From assembly GCA_977017645.1 (NCBI GenBank), contig OZ360225.1:66340001-66404000 (forward strand): a DNA stretch of 64,000 bases, in the 5' to 3' direction. The translations under genes were made by a program, and so were the position numbers. Below are positions 11,572 through 25,467 of the stretch, piece by piece. Position 1 is the first letter of the stretch, and each line of letters opens with the position of its first letter. The notes below the pieces were generated by a model. It had not been told where the DNA came from. It made no database searches and saw only the letters and a list, made by a program, of their open reading frames with translations. Source of the stretch: Torpedo marmorata (lineage: Eukaryota).

Positions 11572-14500
11572 TATTTCCATTTTTGTAGTGGAGCAAAACT
11601 AAAGGGCTTCAATATATGATAGTCACTAATAAATCCAACTACAGAATCAAGAGAAAATGCACTCATCTCGAGAGAAGATAGATCTCACTACCAGCCGGCA
11701 GCAACTTCCAAATCGGAAATCTCTACTCCAAGAAGGACAAAGGCTTCAGATCCAGGGGATCACTACCACCTGCAGAACCCCTTCTGAATCACTGACTTAG
11801 TAATATATTAATGGCCCTTTATACTCACTGGGTGCAAATCCTGGATCTTCCTATCCAATGAATAGACTGTAGGGGTTGCTCGTCATTGACAATATAGAGA
11901 TGCTAAAGAAACGCCTGCCTTGCTGATGCCAATCCCATCTCGTAAATAATTAAAATAAACTGAGACAAATAACATTTATGTATTTAAGGACAATGTAGAT
12001 ATACCCATTAGGGAGAAAGGAAAGATATGCTGCTACGGTTAGTTAGAAATGAGTTCTTGTGGGACATACATATCTGCATAGACTAGTTGGGCTGAAGGGT
12101 CTGCACCTATGTGGTAAATTCTCTTAATTACCAAATGCAATAGCTATTTCTCACACATTATCAGTGACTGCTCCTGAAGCAACCATTTTAAATTCAAATT
12201 AAAACAACTTTAAGGAAAGGGCTGTTGCCAACTTAGAAACAAGCTGGGAAAGATTGCTGAGGTGTGTGTCTGAATTTTTCACCATTAAGTGACTGACATT
12301 GCATCATTACCTCCACACAGTTTCCGTAAAGTATGTGGCTCACTGCCCATTGTGTTCACTCAAGCCAGGACTCACAGCTGGAAATCCATGCAGTGTCCAC
12401 GGCTGATCTGTAAACCTACAACCTACTCAACCAATGCAAGCACCGCTTCCAAGCTCAGACAGAAAGACAAATAGCAACACAAAGATCTAACAGTTTCCCT
12501 CCATTCTGACCGATGGAAGTTTGAAGCCTTTGCATTGATCTTTCAATCATGTCATAGTCTCTCAAAAAGCTTCATTTGAATCATTGTTCTTTATTGAAGG
12601 TGCCTGGTCTGCTGGGTCCCTCCAGCTTCACTTTGCTCATTCATGACCCCACCATCTGTAGATCTTGTGTTTCTCATTGCTCTTTCTTGCTGTCTAAGGA
12701 AAACTAAAAGAAAATGGGTTCAAGGAGTGGAGTTGTGAGATTTCTCCCTTAATTTTCTCACTTAATTTTTTCCCTCGTCCCCAGATAGGTTCATGATGGC
12801 TGGGTGACAGGTCCATACAGACTCACTGGTTGACCTCCCCAGTGTGCAACACCTGCCTGGTCCCACAGGAATTGCTGCATCCACCCACAGGCCAATGGGG
12901 TTAGCCTGTTTCTGTGCTGTAGAATTCTGTGACTCTATAGCCATTGCACAGGGAGAATATTTTTACAACTTAACCAACCACAACTTGTGTTCACATATTT
13001 GCTTCAATATTACAAGTAAGACTGGGCTTGCTCCCTGTGTTTACCTGGCTGAACCTCTGCAACCCTAACTTTGGGCAGTGAAGTCCCACTGATGACTTGG
13101 CTTAAGTGGTTGTGGGCAAAGCTTTGCCTTTTATCAAAGCTATTGTGGATTTTAACAATTGTTAAACCTCTTTGATGCAGAAATATTTCAAAACTATCAC
13201 AATTATAATATGTTTAAATCAATAATGAAGTTATCTAAAAGCATCTAAAACCTGTCATAATTAATAACAATAAATTATAGTAAAATAACAAATAAAGAAA
13301 GAAACACCTTTCCTGTGCCTTTTAATCCCAATTCCTATTCAAATCAAAGGGATCTTGGATCTTGTGCCAGTTATGACCTGGTTTAGGATGGTAGAAATGA
13401 CCACCTACATCTATCAGCATGTCTCAAACTCTCAGCCTGTGTGTGCATGTCCGGGACATACTTTAGAGTGAATGGCTAAATGCCATTGGTTCTCTTTGTG
13501 ATTGCTGGGCACAACCAGGAAGACTCTGCCTCACTAAAATGTCTCACAGGACATCACAAGAGAGTCATCAAACAAAATTTAACAGCAAGTTGCGTATTGG
13601 AATTAGGCAGCAAAAATTAGGATGAATGGGCAGGTTTTAAAGAGAGAGGCAGAGAGGCTTTGGAAGGGAATTGTACATCTGAGGACCTATAGCCACAAAC
13701 ATTGGACTGGTTAATATCTGTGCTGCTTGAGGGACCAGGGTTGGAGCAGAGATCTTGATGGGGATAAAGATGGGGAGGGATGTGTCGAGAGAGGGATTTG
13801 TAAACAAGAATGAGGATTTAATAATGATGGGGTTGTCAAAGTGTGGCTGAAGGTTATGGAGCTCAAAAGTGTGTTTTGGTATCTTTTATGTTTACTCCAA
13901 CTGATGGGTTTGAAGTATTTTCTGAAGGAAGCCATTTCTAACAATGCAGTACACATTCAGCTCTCTGGAGAAGGACTTGAATTCACAACTTTCTTACTCA
14001 GACTGACAGTGCTTCCTGCTGGTGCACAGTTGTAACAGGTGGTCGTCCTCCAACTGAATATCATCAAGATTCATGCACAAGCAATACAGAGAACTCTCTT
14101 TTCTTCATACTAAATTTCAGCAAAGAGTACAAGGTAAGGGGATCAGGGGAAAGGAGAAATTGAATTAACTCACATTAATAGGCATTCATCTCTGAGATAC
14201 TCTTGAGATGGGATGGGGATGGGTTTTGTAAATTTCACTGAGATCACTCAACAGTGTAAAGATGGGAGAAAAGCATCTTCTTGGCCGTACCCAAGAGGTT
14301 ACCCATTGGTAACATCTCAGAACCCTCTCCCAAATAGGGTTGTAAAAGATAAAAGCAATTCTTTGATCTTAACCTGCACTCTAAAAATTAATCTTTCACA
14401 GCATATTACATGACCTTAAATCTTGTCATTCAAATATTGTGAATAACCATTGAAAGTAATAACTTACAGTTAAAAATCTCATAGCCTATAATCACATGTT

Positions 14501-16377
14501 CACTATGGTTCTTTTAAGAGTCTGCACATCACCATTCAGCATGCCATGATTTAATGTAAAGTCCCCAGGGTTTTAAAATATCTAGAGAATCCCTTTCATT
14601 ACGGGTAATTACGGGATGCAATCTGCTGACTTAATCTATTCCGAAACCAGAGGTGGGCTAAGTCACTTCCCTGACCATTAAACCAAGATGCTCGTGTAAA
14701 TACTGCCATCACTGAGGGGGCGATGAAGCTTAACTGCATCAGGATCTTAACCTTTGCACTGCACATGACTCAAGCTTTTCTATCCCAGTTCATAAATGTG
14801 ATTGCGGGTCCATCTTTTGATGCTGCAATTTAATAACTTGGAGTGCTGTCAGTACTGCTTTGAAAAATGGCTCCTATAAAATGTAATGACCTCAATCAGA
14901 TTGCACAGATTCACCCACTGAAGATTCTTTCATTTCAACCAAGATGAATTAATGTGAAGCTATGCAAAAGTTCAAGTGGTATTACAACTAACGTAACGCA
15001 ATGGTTTAACTGCAATTCAGAAAAGAGTTTTTGGCCTGAAATAAATTGGAATTAAATACAACATGATCAAGATTTATCACTTGTGAAGGGTTATTCCACT
15101 GAGCTAGTTTGGGGGGGGCTTAGTGTTTGATAAAAGCACATTTAGCAGAAAGAAGGGTGTGGGGGGTCATTCCACTACAGGGTATTTAAGGAATAGGACA
15201 AGTGTTTCAACATCTGTTCACAAATGTGGATTTATCTCAGGATGAGTCAGATCTGGAAATCTTTTTCAATGTTTGAACAGGGTTTGAGGAAAGCCCGGCC
15301 AGGTCACTTGGATGGTGTTAACAACAACCAGTGCACAGCATTTAGAGCAAATATGACCAAGGATGAATTAATAAGAGGTGAAAGACGATATTAGCCATCT
15401 GAAAATATACCACTACCAATAGATAAAGACTTGAAAGAAGAAACATTTACAAAGTAACAGTAAAATATGAGGAAACTGGGACTAATGGGAGAACTCTTTC
15501 AAAGAGCGCACACAGGCATATGAGAAATAGAAGCAGGAGGAAGGCATTCAGTCCCTCGAGCTCCACCTTTCAATGAGATCATTACTGATCCTTTATCTCA
15601 GCCCTACTTTTATCCACAAACTTCATTTTCCTTGATTTCCTTAATATCTAAAAGCTTATTGTTCTCTCTACAGACAGAATACACTCAGTGACAGGTTGAG
15701 AATGGTCCAAATGATCACTGCCTGTGCTGCAAAATTATATGTTATTAAACTGGGTAAGTTCATCTGTACGCTGATTCAAAGAGTAAATACTCTACCTTCC
15801 AAAATTGACTTTGAACCCCTGAACCGAAGGAGAGTGGTGCCTCAAAGTGAGAAGCCACTGAACACACATAGCGGCACAACATCGGGGGCTGAAGGGTCTG
15901 TACTATGCTGTAGTGTTCTATGGTATATTCTCAACAAGGATCAATGTAAAAACTGCAAATTAAGCTGCTACAAGAAAAGCACTATTGCATGCAGCTGACA
16001 AATGTCCTGTTCATTCTTAAATACACCATCATTCCCATTCATATCAATGATGGCACTGTCAGATTCATAAACAGTAAGAATATAGAACAAAATTCCTTAG
16101 TGCATTTAACGCGGGGACTCCTGAGAGCTAACGACGCAAGGTTGCGTTGTTCCCAGTCAATTTCTCGCTTGGGTAGCAGATGGCATGGTTTGTTTCTGCA
16201 ATATGTTAAATGCCATTTTTGTTGGACATATCAGCATTTGAAAGGAAATCTTTCACATGGCACATGGTTCTTTCACCTCTCTATTTCCAAAGGATTGTTG
16301 TAAAAAGGATTTACAAATGTCAAGCAAATTTGATTTTTCAAATAAACATTACCTGCAGAAGAAGAGTTCATCTAAAT

Positions 16378-16753
16378 CAGTGGTTTTCAAACTTTTTCTT
16401 TCCACTCACATACCACCTTAAGCAATCCCTATGCCATAGGTGCTCTGTGATTAGTAAGGGATTACTTAAGGTGGTATGTGAGTGGGAAAAAAAAAGTTTG
16501 AAAACCACTGTTTTAATCGTACCTAATTGACTCATTATGTGCACGGTTTCATAACTCCAAAGGAAATGGGCCAATGACAATTTTTCTCAAGCAAAATATT
16601 TCAGTAACAATTGGGTCTACAGCAGTGGTTCTCAACCTTCCCTTCCCACTCACATACCACCTTAAGTAATCCTTTACTAATCACAGAGCACTTATGACAT
16701 AGGGATTGTTTAAGGTGGTATGTGAGTGGAAAGAAAAAGTTTGAAAACCACTG
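16378..16753. mobile_element. Composite hAT (Charlie-like) MITE: two inverted ~131-bp palindromic units flanking a 112-bp spacer
   Basis: Unit A 16378-16510 and unit B 16623-16753 each have cagtggttttcaa...ttgaaaaccactg TIRs; 8-bp TSD atctaaat at 16370-16377 and 16754-16761 flanks the whole. Confidence 0.88.
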
Positions 16754-19700
16754 ATCTAAATGCCGACACCACCACTTTCAACTCGGTATTTTATGGACGC
16801 ACAAAGAACCATAGAGAAAAGCCATTGGGCCCTGCAACTCCTTTGCCAGTTCTCTGCCAGTGCTATCCAATTTTTCAACTTCCCTGGGCTTTACTCAGAG
16901 CCCTGTTAAAATTTTATTTCAATTGTATCTGCAATTCCCTTCTGAAAATCACAAGCCCGTTCCTTTAAGCCAGTGGCCACATCCCAAGAGCAAACAGAGT
17001 TAAAAAGAAATCTCATCTCTATCCCCCTGTTTCCTGATCTTTGTTAAGTAAATAAATTAATTAAATCTGTGCACTCTGCTTTCCTATACTCCTGCCGGTA
17101 AAACACTTTCACTTTATTTAGTTTGAAGCCCCTCATGATTTTGATACATATGATCTAAATGGTTTGATCACAGAGCTTAATAGTCAGCAGGGCTTGTAAA
17201 ACAATCAATGTTCCAGAAAATGATGCATTTATCAACTGTGAGGCTCCAGTGATCACTGGTGTATGACATTGTAGGACTCCGGGTTTGTGTCATTCACCAG
17301 AAGACCCATGTAACACACTCAGAGGCTACCGAACCACTTCATCTCATCTGTGTCAGGCAATTTGTTCAAGCTTAGCTTAGGTGCAAGAAACTTCTAATAA
17401 AAATTCATGGAGTTTGCTGAAGAAACAAGACGGATGGCAGATGAGAGGTCACCCTGCTTCTGTGCCAGAAGTCAAGGGGCCAAAACTTATGCTGCATCGG
17501 GCTCTATATTTCATGTATCACCTTAGCAGTTAAAATTTGTGCTGATGCAACCTGTCTTTGTCCAGTAACCTTTCTCCCCACCCCCTCAGAATGTTTAGAA
17601 ACATCTCAAGTATTAAAACTCATGGTTTGGTTTCTTTAGCTGGTTATCACATTTCCTAAAGCTCTCAGCTTGCACTGTGGCATTAACCCTGGTGTAGAAA
17701 GCCATAATCAGCTGCATGCACTTAATGTGCATTATAGTGGTGTCTGTGGCCTTTAGTATGTTTTTGCATTGAAATTAGAGAGTTCAAATGCTGGAAATGG
17801 ACTGCAGCATGCGACCACAAATTTATTGTATTATTAAACAAGGATGAATTCCTACCTCCGTTCCCTCTGCAGGTAATAAACTGTCACAAACACAAAACAG
17901 ATAAAGAAATTGAAAGAAGAAAAAAAAAAGACAGAATATAACACCAAATGGTGCACTACAAAAAACAGTGGGGATGGTGTGAAATTGGCCTTCCTTAAAC
18001 TCATAAATCAGAGCTTTACCACTGAAAGTTATAGAAATTATATGTTTCAAGAGAGAAGAAAGTAATGGCACCCTCTAGGTTTTGGACAATTATTCAAAAA
18101 AAGGAAACAACAGACAACAAAATAATAAGCAGCGCCTTGAAAGAAAATGCAAACATTTCCATTCTAAGAACATCTGGACAAGTCGTACTTTCAAATTCCA
18201 CAGCATCACTAACTTGACAGAGTAACGTTCAAAGAGATGCAAGAGGACATTTGGCAGGCTTCTCAGTTGTGACGTGGAGGAATTAAAAAGAGAATAAAAT
18301 GCATTTAAGTAAAGACCACCACAATCTCAGAACTGTGAATACTAGGTTGAGATATACTGGAAAATACACCAGAATGAATAAAATAGAAAACGTCCAGTCT
18401 GTGTATCCATAATCTGAATGCATCCAAAATCAAAACCCTTGCACATTCAGGACACTAGAAAGGGATTGTGGATTTCCAGAGGTTGTTGCTGGGTTTACTG
18501 TGCACACCTGAATCTAAATAACAAAACAATACTTTGTTTAAATATATAGTGTAATATTATAAAACACTTAAAAATTACATATCAAAACACACTGATGAAA
18601 GACTAAGAATTAATATTTATAACCTGAATGCATTAATACTTTGAAATACTTTGAATACTACACAGTCCCAAGGAATTCTGACTGGAGATCTGCAGTTGGG
18701 ATATCCCTTAGGAAAGGCTGCTAAAGATAATTAACAGAGAAAGTAAACTTTGATAACTCATGCAATAATAAGAGAAAAATTATCATTATTGCAAATCAAA
18801 CAGATCTATCATTCACAGCAAAGACAGAAGCGACAAGATTTAACTATGTGCTCCAGCTCCCTACCCCTGCCACCCCCTAACCATTGATGCAAGCTTCATT
18901 AAATGAGAACACAGCCACAGACATAGAATTTTCATAGAAACAAGATTGGGGCATACTGCTTTAAAGTCAATACGAGTGAGATAGTCTCTCCTGTAGCTTA
19001 ACCTATAGCTGTAAGGTAGACATGAGTAAGTAATCTCCCTAACCTTAAGCAGTGTATAATGCATCAGTTTTTGACAGTCCTATACAATCCTTGTTGAGAA
19101 AGAACAAACCTCTATACACATCTGGCAGGCAAACTGATGAGTCTGTCTCTGCAGAACTTGAGCAAATAATAAGAGTCTTTCAGAGCACTGCCACTGTTAC
19201 CACTCTACTGTTATCTTCCCTGCAATGTTAAATAAATAGAGGAAGGGTACTCTGAACCTTTAAAGCACAGTTAAGTCCACCCTGCATAAAGTGCCAGTCA
19301 CAGCCAATTACTTCCCACATTGATCAGCATAAATGTCAATCAAAGGCTCAATGGGATATACATTCCATGTTTGCCATTGTATTTTTTATAATTACCCAGA
19401 GTTAATCCATTTTCTTTGTCCACTTATATTTGGCATCACTACAGCAGATGAAACTGTGATTAACAGGTGCCTGAGCTGTAATTTCTGAACTTTACATCCC
19501 AGTATGGAAGGCTTTGTGTGAAGATCATTTATGAATCATAATTGCACAAATACTTCTGAGGACAATGCTCTCATCATTTGAAATGTCTTTTAATTGCTTT
19601 ACAAATCCAGTACTGGATATATACTTGATTCATAAAAATAAAATAATTTTCATTCACCTTTCCCCTACTAAGTATGACCAAAGTATTTTATAGGCAATGA

Positions 19701-20479
19701 AGTACAATATCTAGTCACTGCTGCGATTTAAGAGGGCAGCAACATATCTGCTCAGCAATAACTCACATGTGCCAATGTGATAATGCCTTAGGAGGAAGCC
19801 TTTCCACCAACCATAAGTGAGAAGTGTGCCAAAGTGAGTGCCACTCCGACAACATTCAAGAAGTTCAATAACACCCAGGAGAAAGTTGATAATAGTCCAT
19901 TTGATTAATACCATTATCTTAAATATTAATTCCCTCCACCATTGATACACTAGGACTACAATGCATACCATCTACAAAATTAATTGCATTTACTTGTCGA
20001 AGCTACATGCACGGCATATTTTAAACCTAGGACCTCAACACCAAGAAGGACAAAGGAAAGAGGTGAATGGGGACATAACCTGCAGTTTCTCTTCAAGTTC
20101 CACACTATCATGACTTGGAAATATCTTGTTCCTTCATCACTGCTGAAACTAACTTCTGAAACTCCAAGTGCTCCAAGAAGGCAGCCCATCAGCAACTTCT
20201 CAAGAGCAATTAGGAATGGGCAAAAAATTCTGGCCTTGCCAGCTCTGCCCCAAAACAACTGTTTTGGTTGATGCATGAATATCAGCATCAGGACCAAGGA
20301 GATCTCCCCTGAATTTCTTTAAAACAGTGTCTGCCTAAGATGGCATCTCATCATAACATCTCTTCTGAAAGATGGCACCTTTAACAGTGTGGCACTTCCT
20401 CAGAACATTAATAGATTGTGACAGCTCAAAGCATCACACAAATCCCTCTCCCTCATCGACTCCATCTAAAATTACTGCT

Positions 20480-20815
20480 GTATTGGAAAAACAGCTGCCA
20501 ACAAATTAAAATACTCAACCTGCCCCAAACACGCTCTCTTCACCCTCCTTCCGTCATGAAGAAGATTCAGAAATGTGAGATCATGCATTAAAGGGCGGTT
20601 TCTTCCTGCTTTTATCAGATTACTGAATGAACCTCACATTAGTAAAATAATGTTACCTTTCCTCTGATCCAAGTGATTTCTCTCTACAACTCAATAATTC
20701 TGCACTTTTTAAAAAAGAACTACTGTACTATATATGGGTTGACTAGCCAGACGACTCGCAAAACAAACTTTCTTACTGTACCTTGGTAGACTTGACTATA
20801 AACTTGAACTTGACT
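20480..20815 (+). mobile_element. Old Rex-Babar 3' remnant
   Basis: Degenerate ctcttcaccctccttccgtcatgaagaag...atcagattactgaat and (aacttg)n tail; a similar remnant lies at ~53100-53425. Confidence 0.5.
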
Positions 20816-22137
20816 ATTTTGAGGTTCCTCAGTAAGCTTGCTCCTGCAATGTGACTACAGAATTAAACCATGTAGGTTGATTGGCCTCTTTTATTAGTTT
20901 AGTAGGTTTATAAAACATCCTAATACAGATTTAAATTGAATTATCTAGATGTTGCAAAATTATATCAATGGAAAGCTACAATTATGAGCAGAGAATTTTC
21001 TTTAAATAAATGTTTGAGATTGGATGGAAAAATTGCAATTAAATATTCTCATTAACAGTATGTTAATTAATCAAATGAAAACATTATAAATACAAACTTT
21101 ATTGTAATACTTGTGTACACTGAGAGAAAAAAAAAACTATTACTCTTGGCAGAGGAGTTCCCTGTTCAAAAGGGGACATAATGTCAAAGAATGCATGGGC
21201 ACAAAGCACTTCGTCACACAAAGTGATTGGAATTGGGAATTCTCTCTCCATGAAACTGTTTCAGTAAAGGAATGATCAACTAGAATCTTTAAGACTGAAA
21301 GATGAATGAAGACACAAGACGTGGCCAAATGCTTATATTATAATTATGGAGGGACAGTTGCACAAGTGGAGGGGTGTCTTTTAGATAAATGCTCAGCATT
21401 ATTGTTACATCACATTTTTTTGCACTAACAGTAGCAGTGAATATTTTAATATAATTTTATTGATATTATATTTTATTCTCTCGTGTGCAAATTTAATTTA
21501 TGCTCATTGTTTATTCATGTATTTTGCATACCTGTGTAGCTGCATCAAGCAAGAATTTCAGGCAGGACTTCCCCAGCCATGGTTGCCCAGCATAGAATCA
21601 GGCCTTTCAGTTCCACACTTGCACTGACCAACAACCACCAATCTCCATTGTGTTTTTAATCTACACTAATAGTACTTGCATCCCCATGAACATCCCCCTC
21701 CACCCTTTGATTTTCCTCCCACCCACAGTTGCTGATTAACCTATCAGCAGGCAAGTTAAATTGTTTCAGTCAATGAAATAGCCTTGAATTTTACACGTTG
21801 GGAGGTACAGGCATTGACTGGAAGGTTCTAAATTCAGAGAATTTAGTTTACTGTCACGTGTACCTAGATACTGAGAAAATGTTAGTTCCGTGTGCCAGAC
21901 AGGCATTGCAAAAAGGTCACCGGTGTTATTTTGGATTTAAAGTTTACAGAACACTATGCAGTAAAAGCAAAGTAACAAAATTCATCATGACAACAGTCAA
22001 ACTGGATATAAACTATACAAATGGAAGGCCTTTTTACTTATCTTTTTTATTTTGCGAAGGTATTAAGGGTCATACAACTCAAGAATTGGAGTAGACAAAT
22101 GGATTACCCATGATCTAATGAAAGGATGGGACAGACG

Positions 22138-22979
22138 TGTTATGGACCATGACTGACCATTTGGACTGCAGACGGTCAGCAGGAAGGATGGCGTCTTTTG
22201 AGTACACACTGGGACCAGATACGGAAAGAGTTAACTTGCCCAGGGCTGGCTGTGCTCAGAGAGAGAGACAGGCTGTGGAAAGATACTTTGTTGCCCTTTT
22301 GCAAAAGCAGGTGCAAACCTCTGCAAAAAGCATTCAGTTTGGAGTTGCAAAAGGCTGAAGCAACAACATCAAAACCAGGCTTGTGCATTCCAGTGAGAAA
22401 GGGTGGGAGATTAGCACTTGGCCTCCTGTATCAGCAAAATCCTGAGATAAAGCAACTTTCGTGGAGAACAGGCGTGAGATCAGCGAGACAGGCTGGGAGA
22501 TCCAAGTATACACCTCAATCAGTGGTGTACTGATTTGGAACAACAACCCTCGTGCACCTACCAAAAGGGAAAGCCATCGGAAGAAAAGCAGGCCAAGCAT
22601 TCGTAAGCTTAAACAGTCATTGTCTCTCTCTCTCCAATGTTCATTAAGAAGTCCTTTGTGCCAGCACACAGAGCTGAAGTTGGAACCTGAACATAGAGAG
22701 TGATTTTTGTGGATTGTATTTTTGGGACTGACTTATTTTTATGACTAACCTGGGTTTTGGGGAAGGTTTTCTATTTTTTTTTCTTGAGGGTTGGGCACAG
22801 ACTGTAATGGTCTGGGCTTTACACAAACACATTCTTAAGATAAGAATAGTGTTTATAGACGTTTATAGTGGGGTTGATTGTTGTGAAATTATATGCTTAA
22901 TTGTCATTAATAAATATAAATTTCAATTTTGCCCCTTTTGCATTGCATCTTCTGTCATTGCTGGTTTGAATTTGTAACA
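22138..22979 (+). repeat. 5' LTR (TGTTA...TAACA)
   Basis: Starts tgttatggacc, ends tttgtaaca, contains aataaa near the end; direct repeat of 25468-26116. Confidence 0.9.
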
Positions 22980-22982
22980 AAT

Positions 22983-22996
22983 TGGGGGCTCGTCCG
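22983..22996 (+). promoter_or_regulatory. Primer binding site complementary to tRNA-Pro 3' end
   Basis: tgggggctcgtccg, 3 nt after the LTR end; same start as the classic tRNA-Pro PBS TGGGGGCTCGTCCGGGAT. Confidence 0.88.
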
Positions 22997-23107
22997 AGGT
23001 TGAATCAAGCTCCATCTTGGTAATTGAAGGAATCCCAGTCTGGTTTAAGACATTCCTGTTGTGAAGCAACTTAAAAGTAAGTGTGTGTGCAAAAAAACCC
23101 AGCAACA

Positions 23108-24800
23108 ATGGATGTAGAATTTTTTTTGGAATCACCTAAACCTGATACTTTAAAAAAGGCTAAAAAGGAACAGTTAGTGGCTATAGCAATAGAGTTGGGC
23201 ATTGCTTCTGTAAAACCATCAATGAAAAAGGCGGAGACTGGGAAAAAAATTGCCAAATACTATATAAAAGGAAAAAAGTTTGAGGAGAGCGTGTTAAAGC
23301 AGTTTCCCAAGGGCAAACCTTCTGAAAACATACAGTGGGAACTAAAGAAATTGGAATTGGAACAAAAGAGATTAGACTTGGAGGTAGCCAGGGAACAAAA
23401 GAAATTAGACAGGGAATTGGAACAAAAGAAATTAGACAGGGAATTGGAACAAAAGAGATTAGACTTGGAGGCAGACAGAGAACAAAAGAGATTAGACTTA
23501 GAGAGAGAGGAGAAAATTAGGAAATATGAGCTGGAAAAGATTAAGTTGGAAAATGAGAGGAGACAAGAAGAGCACCAAGATCACATTCGTGGTCCTGTTG
23601 AGAGGTTGTTGGCCAGTAGAGAAGTTAGGTTGGTTCCTCCATTTGAGGAGGCGGAAATAGATAAGTACTTCCAACATTTTGAGAAGATGGCTGTGAAATT
23701 AAAATGGCCACAAGACCAATGGTATCTTATGTTACAATGTGTAATTAAAGGAAAAGCTCAGCAAGCTTATTGTACTCTTACCACGGAGCAAGCTGCTGAT
23801 TATGAAACGGTGAAAAAGGCTATACTCCAGGCTTATGAGTTAGTTCCAGAGGCTTATAGGCAGAAGCTTAGAAATTTAAAAAGATCAGCAACCCAAGCTT
23901 ACACAGTTTGCCTATGAAAAGGTTGTGTGTTTTGATTGGTGGTGCACATCTAAGGTGGTAAACAATGATTACAATCAATTGAGAGAATTGATACTAATTG
24001 AGGAGATAAAAAGGTGTGTTCCTGAGGATATTAAGGCATACTAAGATGAATATGCTTTAACCCACAAGCCTAAGTGGACGTCAGGCAGAATTTTCCAAAA
24101 GGGCACTGAGGATAATCCCAAGCAAGTGGAAAGTAAATTTGGAAGTGGTGTTAAGGAAAGAGATGAAGGAAAGTGGAAAAAGGAAAACCCTTTGGGTCCC
24201 ATTTGCCACGACTGTAGGAAGGCTGGTCATATGAGAGCAAGCTGTCCAGTGTTGAAAAAAAAGAGAGAAAAGGATGCAACACCTAATTCTTGTATTCAGA
24301 GTGAGAAGAGGCATAACACCCACGAAGGAGACAAATTTACTGACAAAGTTAGGGATGTATTTAAACCTTTTGAGACTGATGGTTTTGTTTCAGTTAAGGC
24401 AGGATCAAAGCAAGTTCCAGTGAAAATCTTGTGAGATACTGGAGCTGCTCAGTCACTTGTGTTAGATAGTGTCTTGGAATTTTGTGAAGCCACTGACACC
24501 GGTGAAATGAATTTAATTAAAGGAATTGGTGGTGATGTTGAGTCCATTCCTTTGCACAAAATAGTGTTGAACTCAGCCTTGGTGGAAGGACCTGCTATAA
24601 TAGGAGTGAGATCAGAGTTGCCAGTAGAAGCAGTCTCAATGTTGCTAGGCAATGACTTGGCTGAGGGTAAAGTAGTTCCTGCAGTGCGAATGAGCAATAA
24701 GCCAGTCATTGATAAGTCAGAGAAGGACTCTGATATTTATCCGGCATGTGCCATAACCAGGGCCATGTCTAAGAAAAATGTCACTGTAGAGAGGCAGTGG
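23108..24800 (+). pseudogene. gag-protease remnant
   Basis: VPPFEEAEIDKYFQHFEKMAVKLKWPQDQW...AYELVPEAYRQK; CHDCRKAGHMRASC knuckle; IL*DTGAAQS protease site; LLGNDLA; several stops and frameshifts. Tandem ELEQKRLD-type repeats at ~23355-23510. Confidence 0.85.
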
Positions 24801-24959
24801 AAAATAAATTGGTGAAAGAAAAGGTCGGTGATAAAAAAAAACACCTGGAAAAGGTTGAGCAATCTCCTGTGTTACACCGATAAGACACCTGAAGGCACAG
24901 ATCCTGACAGGAGCTAATAGCAAGGCAAAAGGAGGATCCTGATCTTGTTGAGGTGAGGG

Positions 24960-25335
24960 ATTTAGAAAAGCCATTTTCTTTAGCCGTGGATGTCAGCGAT
25001 TAATCTGTGGGTGCGGTGCTGTTACAGAGGAAGAACAAAGAGGACATTGACCATCCGGTATCCTACTTCTCGAAGAAGTTCAATGATCATCAAAGGAATT
25101 ATTCAACCATAGAAAAAGAGTTGTTAGCTCATGTGTTGGCTCTTCAACACTTTGTACAGCTCATAAAACCACTCATAGTGTACACTGACAATAATCCATT
25201 GTTTTTTTTTGTAAAATGAAAAATAAGAATCAATGGTTGTTGAATTGGAGTCTAATTTTGCAAGAATATGATTTAATGATAACACATATAAAAGGAAAAG
25301 ATAATGTAATCGCTGATTGTCTTTCTAGATGCTAA
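24960..25335 (+). pseudogene. RNase H remnant (pol C-terminus)
   Basis: GAVLLQ...HPVSYFSKKFNDHQRNYSTIEKELLA...VYTDNNPL...WSLILQEYDLMITHIKGKDNVIADCLSRC*. Confidence 0.85.
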
Positions 25336-25467
25336 AATTATAAATGAAATTAGTTCATATTTTTGTGTTTGTGGATGAACATCGTGGGTTTTGTTTATAT
25401 TGTGACACTTCAATTAATTTCTATAATTTTGTTCTTGCAGAACAAAATTTTCTTTGTGGATGGGAGG

